A stretch of 64,000 nucleotides of DNA, taken from assembly GCA_963707985.1 (NCBI GenBank), contig CAVPRW010000048.1:64001-128000 (forward strand), given 5' to 3'. The notes below the pieces were generated by a model that saw nothing but the letters and a program-made list of their open reading frames with translations, was not told the origin of the DNA and did not search any database. Both the position numbers and the translations under genes were made by a program. How positions within the stretch are numbered: the first letter of the stretch is position 1; each line of letters opens with the position of its first letter. Shown here one piece after another: positions 55,364 through 63,503 of the stretch. Origin of the DNA: an uncultured Nitrospinota bacterium (lineage in GTDB: Bacteria > Tectomicrobia > Entotheonellia > J063 > CAVPRW01).

Positions 55364-55752
55364 TTTTCACGAGTTGTTTTGCGCACGCAAGACAAACAGG
55401 GGAAATCCTACGGGACACTGTCGGAGGGAGCCCGCTGGCGAAAGTAGTCGCACTCTGCACGCTGACTCCTCACTTCCAGGGTCGGCGGCAGTGGCGAGGA
55501 AACTGGCAAGGCATTCACATCTTGGAGTCGGTCATCGAAGAATCAGAATTGATGGTAAAGGGAGTCGGGGATCTTGAGGCGATAGCATTTGTCCTGCACC
55601 GACCGAGGCTACAGCAACTCCTTGCGGTCATGACGCCCGGGACCGAATCTCGATTCGAAGACATAGGGTACTCGAAAGGGGTGGTTCTGACTGTCGATTC
55701 ACTCGGAGCACTCCTGAAGGGCGAAGGTATCGAAGATGGAGCTTGGCTCTGA
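55364..55752 (+). pseudogene. Cassette gene truncated at its 5' end by the IS
   Basis: Open frame starts at the IS end and stops ~80 bp before attC1. Confidence 0.5.
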
Positions 55753-55831
55753 GACAAATAATAGAGGAGGCACAGTACTCTCACCCGGATGGGTTTTGTC
55801 GTGGTGTCTAGTGCTCAAGAGGGGTGGTCCA

Positions 55832-55919
55832 GCCGAACTAGGCGCTGCACCTGACTGCCTCCAGCGCTCGCTCCTGCGTCGCTTCCGCTTCCGGCAGCAG
55901 GTGAGCGCTAGCGTTAGAA
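55832..55919 (+). other. attC site 1
   Basis: GCCGAAC..GCGCTGCACCTG / CAGGTGAGCGC..GTTAGAA with extrahelical base. Confidence 0.85.
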
Positions 55920-56001
55920 GCTGCAGGTTCAACAGACGAAGCCATATACAGAGCCATATTTTGATATGGTGCTTAGCCTTCTCATCTGCTAGTCTTGTCC
56001 C

Positions 56002-56292
56002 ATGAGCACGGCAAGCTTCGCATGGGACGTCGAGAAAGACCTCGAAAATCAAGCCAAGCACGGTGTGTCGTTCGCACAGGCGCAATACGCCTTCGCGGAT
56101 TCCCAACGTGTCATTGCTGAAGACCTCTCCCATAGTCAGACCGAACAACGATACTACTGCTTCGGGGCCGTGGGGGAAGGGATTCTCACGGTCCGATTTA
56201 CATACCGTCGGGGGATCATACGCATCTTCGGCGCCGGCTATTGGCGGAAAGGCAGGCAAATCTATGAACGCGAAAATCAGATACACCGATGA
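56002..56292 (+). CDS. BrnT family toxin
   Basis: FAWD..KDLENQAKHGVSF..HSQTEQRY..LTVRFTYR..IRI. Confidence 0.92.
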   Translation: MSTASFAWDVEKDLENQAKHGVSFAQAQYAFADSQRVIAEDLSHSQTEQRYYCFGAVGEGILTVRFTYRRGIIRIFGAGYWRKGRQIYERENQIHR

Positions 56293-56545
56293 ACCCTTGG
56301 GGGACCTGAGAGTCATTCCTGATTTTTTACCGGCTCCGGAAGAGCTGGTGTTTCAGGATGATACGGTGAAAATTACCATTACCCTGAGTCGATCGAGTGT
56401 GGAGTTCTTCAAGCGTGAGGCAAAGAAGCATCATACCCAGTACCAAAAGATGATTCGTCGTCTCCTCGACGTCTATACGGAGAAGCATCAGCAGCCTCTA
56501 ACAAAGCGCTCCACCGGACGCGGCACACAGCCGCCGCGCCAGTGA
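56264..56545 (+). CDS. BrnA-like (CopG/RHH) antitoxin
   Basis: DFLPAPEEL..KITITLS..VEFFK..YQKMIRRLL; runs into attC2. Confidence 0.85.
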   Translation: MNAKIRYTDEPLGDLRVIPDFLPAPEELVFQDDTVKITITLSRSSVEFFKREAKKHHTQYQKMIRRLLDVYTEKHQQPLTKRSTGRGTQPPRQ

Positions 56546-56560
56546 GCTTTCGCGTTGGAC
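56496..56560 (+). other. attC site 2
   Basis: CTCTAAC..GCTCCAC / GTGAGC..GTTGGAC. Confidence 0.85.
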
Positions 56561-56593
56561 GCACCTATAGGGCCGAAAAAGATCGATTGAGAT

Positions 56594-57163
56594 ATGGCGA
56601 CATCAAGCGACTACGAACAGTTCATCTATGGCATATGTCGAGTCATCGGAGAACCAGACGGAATTATTGTCCATCGCAACAAGGCATACACCGGTCGATT
56701 GTCTGGTCGGAAAATCAGGGTGGATGTATCCTTCGAGGGACAGTTGCTCGGTGCTCACATCCTTGGTCTTGTGGAATGCAAATGTTACAAGAGCCGTGTT
56801 GAGGTGAGCGACGTGGAGGAATTTCACTCTAAGCTGGACGACATTGGCGCTCATAAGGGCATCATGTTTACGACGGTGGGGTACGAAGCCGGTGCCAAGA
56901 AAGTGGCGAAGGGGCGAGGTATCGCTCTCTTTACATTGCGGGAAGGCCAGGAGCCAGGAGAACTTCGAGTCGAGATGAAGTCGGCGAACCGGCCCGCTGC
57001 GTCTACCTTCCTCAGGGGCAACTTCCTTCCGTGGGGGCAGTTTTCAGAACCAGGGGATGAGATTGGTTATCGTGTGGAATCGGCAAACGAGCTTTTCTAT
57101 CTCCTGGCCTTCAGTGAAGATGAGAGATTTGAAGAACTGGCGCGCCAGCAGGGACAGGGATAG
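56594..57163 (+). CDS. Mrr-like PD-(D/E)xK restriction endonuclease
   Basis: YEQF..VDV..VECKCY..V.VSDV.EF..KGIMFTT.GY..GA. Confidence 0.82.
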   Translation: MATSSDYEQFIYGICRVIGEPDGIIVHRNKAYTGRLSGRKIRVDVSFEGQLLGAHILGLVECKCYKSRVEVSDVEEFHSKLDDIGAHKGIMFTTVGYEAGAKKVAKGRGIALFTLREGQEPGELRVEMKSANRPAASTFLRGNFLPWGQFSEPGDEIGYRVESANELFYLLAFSEDERFEELARQQGQG

Positions 57164-57196
57164 CACCCACTCCCCAGGTTAATGGGTGATGAGGGC

Positions 57197-57260
57197 GTCC
57201 AACAAGCGCATGCAGCCGACGCGCAACAAGCCGCGCGCGGCTGATGCCTGAGCGTTCGGC
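57197..57260 (+). other. attC site 3
   Basis: GTCCAAC..GCATGCAGCCG / CGGCTGATGC..GTTCGGC. Confidence 0.88.
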
Positions 57261-57350
57261 TTTTTCCTCTCTCTAAGATGGTCCAGACACCAGAGCTAAA
57301 ATCCGGTATTATGATCCAAACAAACCCGATCTCTCGAGAAGCTGTGGACC

Positions 57351-57845
57351 ATGGATACCTTAGATACAGGCAGCGCAAAGGCCACCGTCTATATCGAAAC
57401 GAGCCTCGTCAGTTATCTCACGGCACGAGCAAGCCGTGATTTGCTCGTAGCCGCCCATCAGCACCTCACTGCGGCGTGGTGGGACCACCAGCGGCCACGC
57501 TACGAACTCTTCACCTCTCAAGTGGTGTTGGTGGAGGCAAGCGCGGGCGATCCAGAGGCCGCCCAACGACGCCTCACCGCACTCGAACCTCTCCCGCTCT
57601 TGGACGTGACGGATGCGGCGATTGCGCTCGCCGCGACGCTCATCACCGGACAGGCGCTACCAGCCCAAGCTGCCCAAGATGCACTCCACCTCGCCATTGC
57701 CTGCGTCCACGGGATGGAGTATCTCCTGACGTGGAACTGCACGCATCTGGCGAATGCGCGGTTACGGAATCGCATCGAACAGGTCTGTCGCGAGGCAGGC
57801 TATGCCCCGCCGATTATTTGTACCCCAGAAGAACTTGAGGGCTAA
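57351..57845 (+). CDS. PIN-domain (VapC-like) toxin
   Basis: VYIETSLVSYL, SQVVLVE, DALHLAIA, YLLTWNCTHLAN, ICTPEEL. Confidence 0.9.
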   Translation: MDTLDTGSAKATVYIETSLVSYLTARASRDLLVAAHQHLTAAWWDHQRPRYELFTSQVVLVEASAGDPEAAQRRLTALEPLPLLDVTDAAIALAATLITGQALPAQAAQDALHLAIACVHGMEYLLTWNCTHLANARLRNRIEQVCREAGYAPPIICTPEELEG

Positions 57846-57848
57846 CCC

Positions 57849-58046
57849 ATGTGGCAAGACCCCATTGTCGAGGAAATTCACAAAATTCGTGAGGCACTAG
57901 CGGCCAAATTCCAGTATGACGTGCAGGCGTTAGGGAAGTTTTTCCAAGCGCAGCAGGCCACAGAGCACCGCGTGGTGGTGACCCGTGCCCCACGACGTGT
58001 GCCAGAAGCCATCCAAGGCCCGACGTCCACGCCAGACCAAGCCTAA
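57849..58046 (+). CDS. Small partner of the PIN toxin (putative antitoxin)
   Basis: MWQDPIVEEIHKIRE..KFQYD; stop codon lies in the attC4 R'' box. Confidence 0.7.
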   Translation: MWQDPIVEEIHKIREALAAKFQYDVQALGKFFQAQQATEHRVVVTRAPRRVPEAIQGPTSTPDQA

Positions 58047-58122
58047 CCATCGCGTGCAGGCGACGGCAAACAGCGTCCGCTGCGCTCCCGCTGTCTGCCG
58101 CGCCTGACGCCGGGCGTTCGGC
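58041..58122 (+). other. attC site 4
   Basis: GCCTAAC..GCGTGCAGGCG / CGCCTGACGC..GTTCGGC. Confidence 0.88.
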
Positions 58123-58191
58123 TACCAACGACTGGTCACAATGTATCACATGTTCGACTGTTGCGGACACAAGCCGGAGGTCAAAACCGTG

Positions 58192-59115
58192 ATGAAACAA
58201 CTGACCATCTTGATTGGTGGGGCCACTGGTTTCGTCGGGAACCAGCTCGTGGCCCATCTGTCAACGCACTATCCGCAGGTGCAGGTGCGGGCGTTGACGC
58301 GGACGCCGGAGTCGGACACCGCACGCCACTTCGCGGCACTACCCGGGGTCACGGTGGTCCAGGGCAACTATGGGGATGTGCGATCGCTGGAGGCTGCCGC
58401 AGAGGGGGCAGACCGCGCCTACGTGGCCTGTAACAATGTGGCAGAGCAGCGCCGATTTGAGTGTAACTTCATTGATGCGTGCCAGGTCCAAGGGGTGCGT
58501 CGGATTGCCAAAATCTCGACCTTCCGCTCTTTTTGTCGGGCTGATGGGCCGGGGCACGGGGCCGCGCATTATCACATTGCACAGCACCTGCACCACAGTG
58601 GAGTCGACCATGTGATCCTCCACCCCGCCTATTATTTCCAGAGCCTCCTCTACTTCACGCAGCCGATCAAGACGGCCGGGATACTCCCCCAATTGCTGGG
58701 GGACATGCAGCTCAATATGGTGGATTGCCGCGATGTGTCCCAGTGTGCTGCCGCCTTGTTGACGTGTGATGAGGAGACGTTTGCGCCCTTTAATGGCCAC
58801 CATGTCGAGATTGCTGGCCCAGAGACATTAGGCGGCGAAGACTGGGCCGAAGCCCTGCGCCATGCCGGCGTCACGGTGCGGTAGGCAAAAGTCGCTCCCG
58901 ACGCGTTTCAGCAAGGACTCCGCAGTGTCGGAGTGCCAGAGGATATGGCCGCCAACATCACCGCCTTTCACACATGCTTCTATGATGGGTCAGCCCAAGT
59001 TGCGGAGCATGCCACCAGCCCTGGCTTGGAGGGCCTCCCAGGCGTGCCAGTACGTTGGCGTCGGTTCGCAGCGTTCGTGACGGAAGTGGCACCAATGTTC
59101 CAACCCGCACAGTGA
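58192..59115 (+). pseudogene. NmrA-like NAD(P)H-binding protein with an in-frame TAG at 58882-58884
   Basis: GGATGFVG, VRALTR, VDCRDV, AGPETL; same frame continues to 59115. Confidence 0.78.
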
Positions 59116-59188
59116 GGCCTTGAGGCGTTGGGAACATCATGAGAGACTCAAAGTAACTGATATGCTGAGCCTTACTTGCCAAGGCAGC

Positions 59189-59276
59189 GCCGAACAAAGC
59201 GCTGCAGCCGATGCCCTACAGCGTCCGCTCGTGCCTCGCTTCCGCTTCCAGCAGCAGGTGACGCCTGGCGTTCGGC
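59189..59276 (+). other. attC site 5
   Basis: GCCGAAC..GCGCTGCAGC / GGTGACGC..GTTCGGC; internal similarity to attC1 and attC4. Confidence 0.82.
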
Positions 59277-59298
59277 GGCATAAACAAGGAGAGTTCTA

Positions 59299-61617
59299 AT
59301 GCCTATAACTCCATCTGATTTAACTCCGGAGGTCCGTCACATCCTCGACAAGCCAGCGCGAGAAGGTGCATGCCACAGCGAGCAGCCGGTTTGCCTACCC
59401 GACCCGCGCGTAACGGCCCAGTTGACAACGGAAAAGCCAGAACGACAAGTCGCCCCGTGGCGGATAGGTAATGCCTGCAAGGGCGATCTAATCATATGCC
59501 CTGGGGGCCCTGCCGGAATGATCGGCGGGCTGCTGTCGCAGATCGACCCGCCGCAGTACTACGACCATGTGGGGATCATGACCGCCGACGAGGTTGAAAT
59601 TCGCCAAGCGGCTGCAATTGGGGATCGCGTCGAGAAGTTCTACAACGGCAGCATCCTGGGTTTGGATGATGCACCGACCGATGGCATTCAGGAGAACGCT
59701 TTGCGGTTCCTCTGGCCTGGAACTTTAACCCAGTCGGCGGAACGAGCATACCAAATCTGGCACGGCATGGGCAACCATGTCGCTAACGGCCAGGACGCGT
59801 TAGGCAACAAGGTTCTCGATGATGCTTGGAAAGTCAAGGACAACGAGAGCGGTGAATCGTTTTTTGTAAACACCCTCACCTGCGGCCCAGTGCGCATGAT
59901 CGTTCGTGGTGTCTGGACAAACGTCTATCCGCTGGTGGTCAAACCTTGCCCGCTCCTGGAGACCCCAGCTGTGCGGGCTGCTCTCCATCGTGTCGCCGAC
60001 GCTGCCAAGGAGCTGCGCGGGTACTATAGCTTCTTCGTCTACACTCACGCCGCCGCCGGCCTCGACTCATGGAAAGTTGGCCCACCGATGCTCGAGGCGG
60101 AGAAGCCCGACCCGGCCAGCTCATGTATTGGGGTCAAGCCGCTGGTCCGTGTCCGCGCCGGCGATACCATCCCGATGGTCTGTTCGGCGTTCATCTGGCT
60201 CGCCGTCCACCTCGTTAACGACCGGGCCGCGACGGCGAATCCGCCCTACCCACGGATCATCCTCGATGGTCGGCCGCAATTGTATCACTTCGACGCCGGG
60301 GGTGATTATGGTCGGGGCATGTGCAACAGCTTCTTCCCACGCATGCCGGCCATTGACAAGATCAACTCGCAGACTCCTGACGGGCTGTACTTCTACAGCA
60401 AGGAGGAGCGAGCAAAAGCGGCTAAATGGCTATATGACTATGAAGTGAAGAAAGTCAGGGATAAGCTCGACGAGGAACTGCCCGGACTGCTCGCCAGCTT
60501 GGGGATCGGGGTGGGCGTGGGTTTGACGGTGCAGAAACTCCTTGCCCTGCTCACGAGCTGGAACGCCGGGGCCGTGGCTGTGCTGCTGGGCTTCACCCCT
60601 TTGTTTCTGGAAGAGCTGATCGTGCTGATCTCCGACATGCCCGACGACCTGGCCAATCAGATCTGCAACGCCTTCGCGTTCGACAGGTGCGAGACCACCG
60701 CTAAAGACGACGACAACTGGAAGAACCCTGGCGTGCGGTATGCAGTCAGTCCGGACAACATCATCAACTCCTGGGCACCTCCCACCCCGCACGAAGACCC
60801 CGCAGTGCTCCATGGACTATATGGCTACAATCAGCGGTTGATCCCCAGAATGCCGGAGTTTGTACGCAATCCACCGCCCCCGAGCACCTGGCAGATTTCG
60901 CAGGGATTTGTGCCTGTGAGACGTGGCCGAGTATTGTTCCAAGGGAAGGGCGTTCATGGTGCTTCTGTGCGGGTTGGGTGCGTTCAGTTCATGACTGGTC
61001 CAGATGGCTTCTTTCCACAAGGACAGCAGATGCCCTCCGGTCGCTACTGGGCCGTCGCAAAATACGTGCACCCAAAGACTGGCTTTTTGCTGGAGTCGAA
61101 GGGCGAGGCAGTGACTGTGCCGGATGTCGGGGGAGTAGAGCTGGAGTTAGGTCTGCAAGAGCCGCCCGATACGCGTCGCGAGGTGCTGATTGAAGGAAAG
61201 ATGGATTTGGTCAACCGTTATGCGATCGGCGAGGACTGGTGGGCACACCCGCAGTTTGTGTTGGAACCAGCGCTGATCGGCCTCGACTACTTCCCCGACG
61301 AGCCCGAATTCGCTGAGCAGCGCAAGGCCAGCATGGCCCAGCCACGGGGCCGAGGGGAGCAAGTCGACGACTGGGGACACGCCGAGCTGCAGTGTGTCCT
61401 CGAGATTCAGAACGATCGATCAATCAAGGTCACGTACAAGGTGCGGCTGAACGCAGGGGATGATGACTGGCAGGAGGAGGCAACTTTCTTCGTACCGCCG
61501 AAGGCAGATAACGCCAATCCTGGCATGCCCAAAGTCATCGATTTGGTGCGGTCGGAAATGGCCTGGCCGGTCCGAGCGCACATCGAATTCACGGTGCATA
61601 ATAACCGCGCGTCGTAG
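59299..61617 (+). CDS. 772-aa protein, probable permuted NlpC/P60 (papain-like) enzyme with hydrophobic hairpin and C-terminal beta domains
   Basis: AGGAG RBS; GDLII..YDHVGIM, PMVCSAFIW and AVSPDNI motifs in permuted order. Confidence 0.55.
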   Translation: MPITPSDLTPEVRHILDKPAREGACHSEQPVCLPDPRVTAQLTTEKPERQVAPWRIGNACKGDLIICPGGPAGMIGGLLSQIDPPQYYDHVGIMTADEVEIRQAAAIGDRVEKFYNGSILGLDDAPTDGIQENALRFLWPGTLTQSAERAYQIWHGMGNHVANGQDALGNKVLDDAWKVKDNESGESFFVNTLTCGPVRMIVRGVWTNVYPLVVKPCPLLETPAVRAALHRVADAAKELRGYYSFFVYTHAAAGLDSWKVGPPMLEAEKPDPASSCIGVKPLVRVRAGDTIPMVCSAFIWLAVHLVNDRAATANPPYPRIILDGRPQLYHFDAGGDYGRGMCNSFFPRMPAIDKINSQTPDGLYFYSKEERAKAAKWLYDYEVKKVRDKLDEELPGLLASLGIGVGVGLTVQKLLALLTSWNAGAVAVLLGFTPLFLEELIVLISDMPDDLANQICNAFAFDRCETTAKDDDNWKNPGVRYAVSPDNIINSWAPPTPHEDPAVLHGLYGYNQRLIPRMPEFVRNPPPPSTWQISQGFVPVRRGRVLFQGKGVHGASVRVGCVQFMTGPDGFFPQGQQMPSGRYWAVAKYVHPKTGFLLESKGEAVTVPDVGGVELELGLQEPPDTRREVLIEGKMDLVNRYAIGEDWWAHPQFVLEPALIGLDYFPDEPEFAEQRKASMAQPRGRGEQVDDWGHAELQCVLEIQNDRSIKVTYKVRLNAGDDDWQEEATFFVPPKADNANPGMPKVIDLVRSEMAWPVRAHIEFTVHNNRAS

Positions 61618-61640
61618 AGCTGTCCCCGGCGTACACAACT

Positions 61641-62555
61641 GCCCAACAAGGGTTTGCTCGCGCCAAGGTAAGCCCGAAACCTTGGAATTGGGTGAAAACC
61701 CATGAAATTGGTTGATGTTTCCCAGTGGGTGCGCACACCGTGCAAATCCCACCTGACGAACGTCTAGCCCACAGGTCAGGAGCGAAGCCGCGTGCCTCCC
61801 CGCAAGGGGCCGTACGGAGCCGGGTGTCGCGAGAAGGCAGGCCGCGTGATTGAGCCCCGACAGGTGTAGAGTCGTGGACAAGAGGATATCCTTCAGGGGG
61901 ATCGAAGGGAAAGCCGACGGTTGGCAAGCGCCGGAAGGCAGCAGTCCTGGATGCATTAGGGCGAGTATCGAGGACACCACCGGGGTCTGAGAGCGGGGCA
62001 TGTCTGCAGCGGGGGGACTCGGGCACGTGGGAGAGCCACCCGTCTCCTTGTACCAGTGCCGGAACAGGGGGAGCGGCGGACCACAGGCCCTGGCGTGGCC
62101 CGGGGGCTTCCACCGGGCGACGAGCCGGAAACGGAGACCACGAACGTGGGAAGCCAGCAAGGGACTCGGGGTTGCGAGCGACCAGCGCAGCACCCCGAGA
62201 CGGGCAGGGTGGCAGTCGTCGCGGCGCATCGTACCGAGGACGGTGGGGACGTGAGGCCCAAGCGACCCACGGGAGGGAAGGCGCCGTCGGGCAGAGCCTC
62301 CGCTGGTCGGAGACAGGGGAGAGACCTAGAGCTCACGAACCCTGACCACGGCAGGCCAGTGGACTGTGGAGCCAGGGCGACCTTGCGTGGGCAGCAGCCG
62401 CTCTGTCTGAGGAACCGTATGCGTGAATGGCGCACGTACGGATCTGTGGGGGGGCCGGATGGGTAACCATCGGCTCTACCCGGCAGCCGACGCCTTACAG
62501 CCTACGCTCCTACATCGCTCCGGCTTCCAGGCGCGGCTGAAACCTAGCATTCGGG
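61641..62555 (+). other. attC site 6, interrupted by a group II intron
   Basis: Removing 61658-62484 gives GCCCAACAAGGGTTTGC|AGCCG..CGGCTGAAACC..ATTCGGG. Confidence 0.8.
61658..62484 (+). ncRNA. ORF-less group II intron (~827 nt)
   Basis: DV GAACCGTATGCGTGAATGGCGCACGTACGGATC (62412-62444); DVI with bulged A at 62478; EBS1 GCAAGC (61924-61929) pairs IBS1 GTTTGC; no RT ORF. Confidence 0.88.
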
Positions 62556-62709
62556 CGGACATGCTGCGCACGTCCGCCCGAATGCGGCGCTCACTGCGTT
62601 CGCCGCCTGGTTCGGCCACGCGCTTCGCGCCGCCGAACCAAGCAGCTGCACCTGCCACGGCGGCCGTCAAGCCTGCGGCTCGCCGTCCCCCGCGCAGGTG
62701 AGCGCCGCA
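62550..62709. mobile_element. Geneless self-complementary cassette-like element A (160 nt), containing attC site 7 (62632-62715)
   Basis: GCATT at both junctions; 62698-62709 + 62550-62560 is the exact reverse complement of 62572-62594. Confidence 0.7.
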
Positions 62710-62745
62710 TTAGGGCTCAACTAACAGTGCAAGGGAGGTTCGCAG

Positions 62746-62958
62746 GTGAAGGACCATTACACGGCCGTACTGAAGCAGAAAGGCGACTGGTGGATCGGCT
62801 GGATCGAGGAGGTTCCGGGGGTGAATTGTCAGGAGCGGTCGAAAGGGGACCTCATCGAAACGCTCCGGATCACCCTGCGTGAAGCCCTCGAATTCAACCG
62901 CCGAGAAGCACTCGACGCGGCGGGGGAGAGCTACGAGGAGCAAGAAATCGCCCTATGA
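62746..62958 (+). CDS. hicB: HicB-like antitoxin
   Basis: YTAV..WWIGWIEEVPGVNCQ..L.EAL. Confidence 0.88.
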   Translation: MKDHYTAVLKQKGDWWIGWIEEVPGVNCQERSKGDLIETLRITLREALEFNRREALDAAGESYEEQEIAL

Positions 62959-63143
62959 AGCGCCGAGAGTTCCTTCGGCATCTCCGAGCCCATGGATGTC
63001 AGCTGTTGCGGGAGGGCGCCCGACACTCTTGGTGGCATAATCCCAGCCTGAACAAACGTTCCGCCGTGCCTCGCCACACTGACATTGACGAGGATCTCGC
63101 ACGAAAGATTTGCCGAGACCTCGGAGTCCCTTGGATCCGTTGA
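62955..63143 (+). CDS. hicA: HicA toxin
   Basis: MKRREFLRHL..GC.LLREG..HSWW.NP..VPRH.DI..LARKICRDL. Confidence 0.92.
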   Translation: MKRREFLRHLRAHGCQLLREGARHSWWHNPSLNKRSAVPRHTDIDEDLARKICRDLGVPWIR

Positions 63144-63144
63144 G

Positions 63145-63453
63145 CCCTAACAACACACTCCAGCGGACGGGGGGACAGCGGTGCGTTGCCGCTCGGCGGC
63201 CAAGTCATAAGGTTGGTGGTGGTGCGGCCCCCGCCGCTGAGCGTGGGCGATAAGCGGACCGCTCGCAAGGCTCGCTTGGGCTTTGCCCATCCGCTTATCG
63301 CCGGCTGTTGAGTGCTTCGCACTCTAACGCCCTTGACTGGCTCCGCTCGCGCTCCGCCTATCAAGGGCGTTAGAGCCGACTGCGCTTCTCGCGTGGAAGA
63401 CGCTCCGCGTTTCCCACGCTGCGAGGCTCGCGGCTCAACAGCCGGCGTTAGAT
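63145..63453 (+). other. attC site 8, split at the G/TT crossover by element B
   Basis: CCCTAAC..CTCCAGCGG / CCGCTGAG..GGCG|TTAGAT after removing 63250-63447. Confidence 0.78.
63250..63447. mobile_element. Geneless self-complementary cassette-like element B (198 nt)
   Basis: GGCG at both junctions; 63434-63447 + 63250-63258 is the exact reverse complement of 63290-63312. Confidence 0.72.
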
Positions 63454-63503
63454 TTCCAGGAATGAATTGACTCCAGAGTATCTGGCCGTTTGGGAGGACG
63501 AGA

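Noticed and set aside
58882..58884. In-frame TAG in the NmrA-like gene as pyrrolysine or recoding
   Set aside because: No pyl genes in view, other genes end in TAG, and TAT/TAC>TAG at a typical Tyr position explains it.
61420..62466. Long ORFs on both strands (269, 174, 159, 136 aa)
   Set aside because: They overlie the intron RNA and have no RT (YADD) or other domain motifs.
62550..63447. Elements A and B as viroid-like RNAs or ribozymes
   Set aside because: No hammerhead or other ribozyme core was recognised; DNA-type triloops and attC positioning favour ssDNA.
55832..63453. Recurrent GC-rich repeats as a CRISPR array
   Set aside because: They are imperfect palindromes separated by whole genes, i.e. 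attC sites; there is no constant repeat-spacer period and no cas gene.
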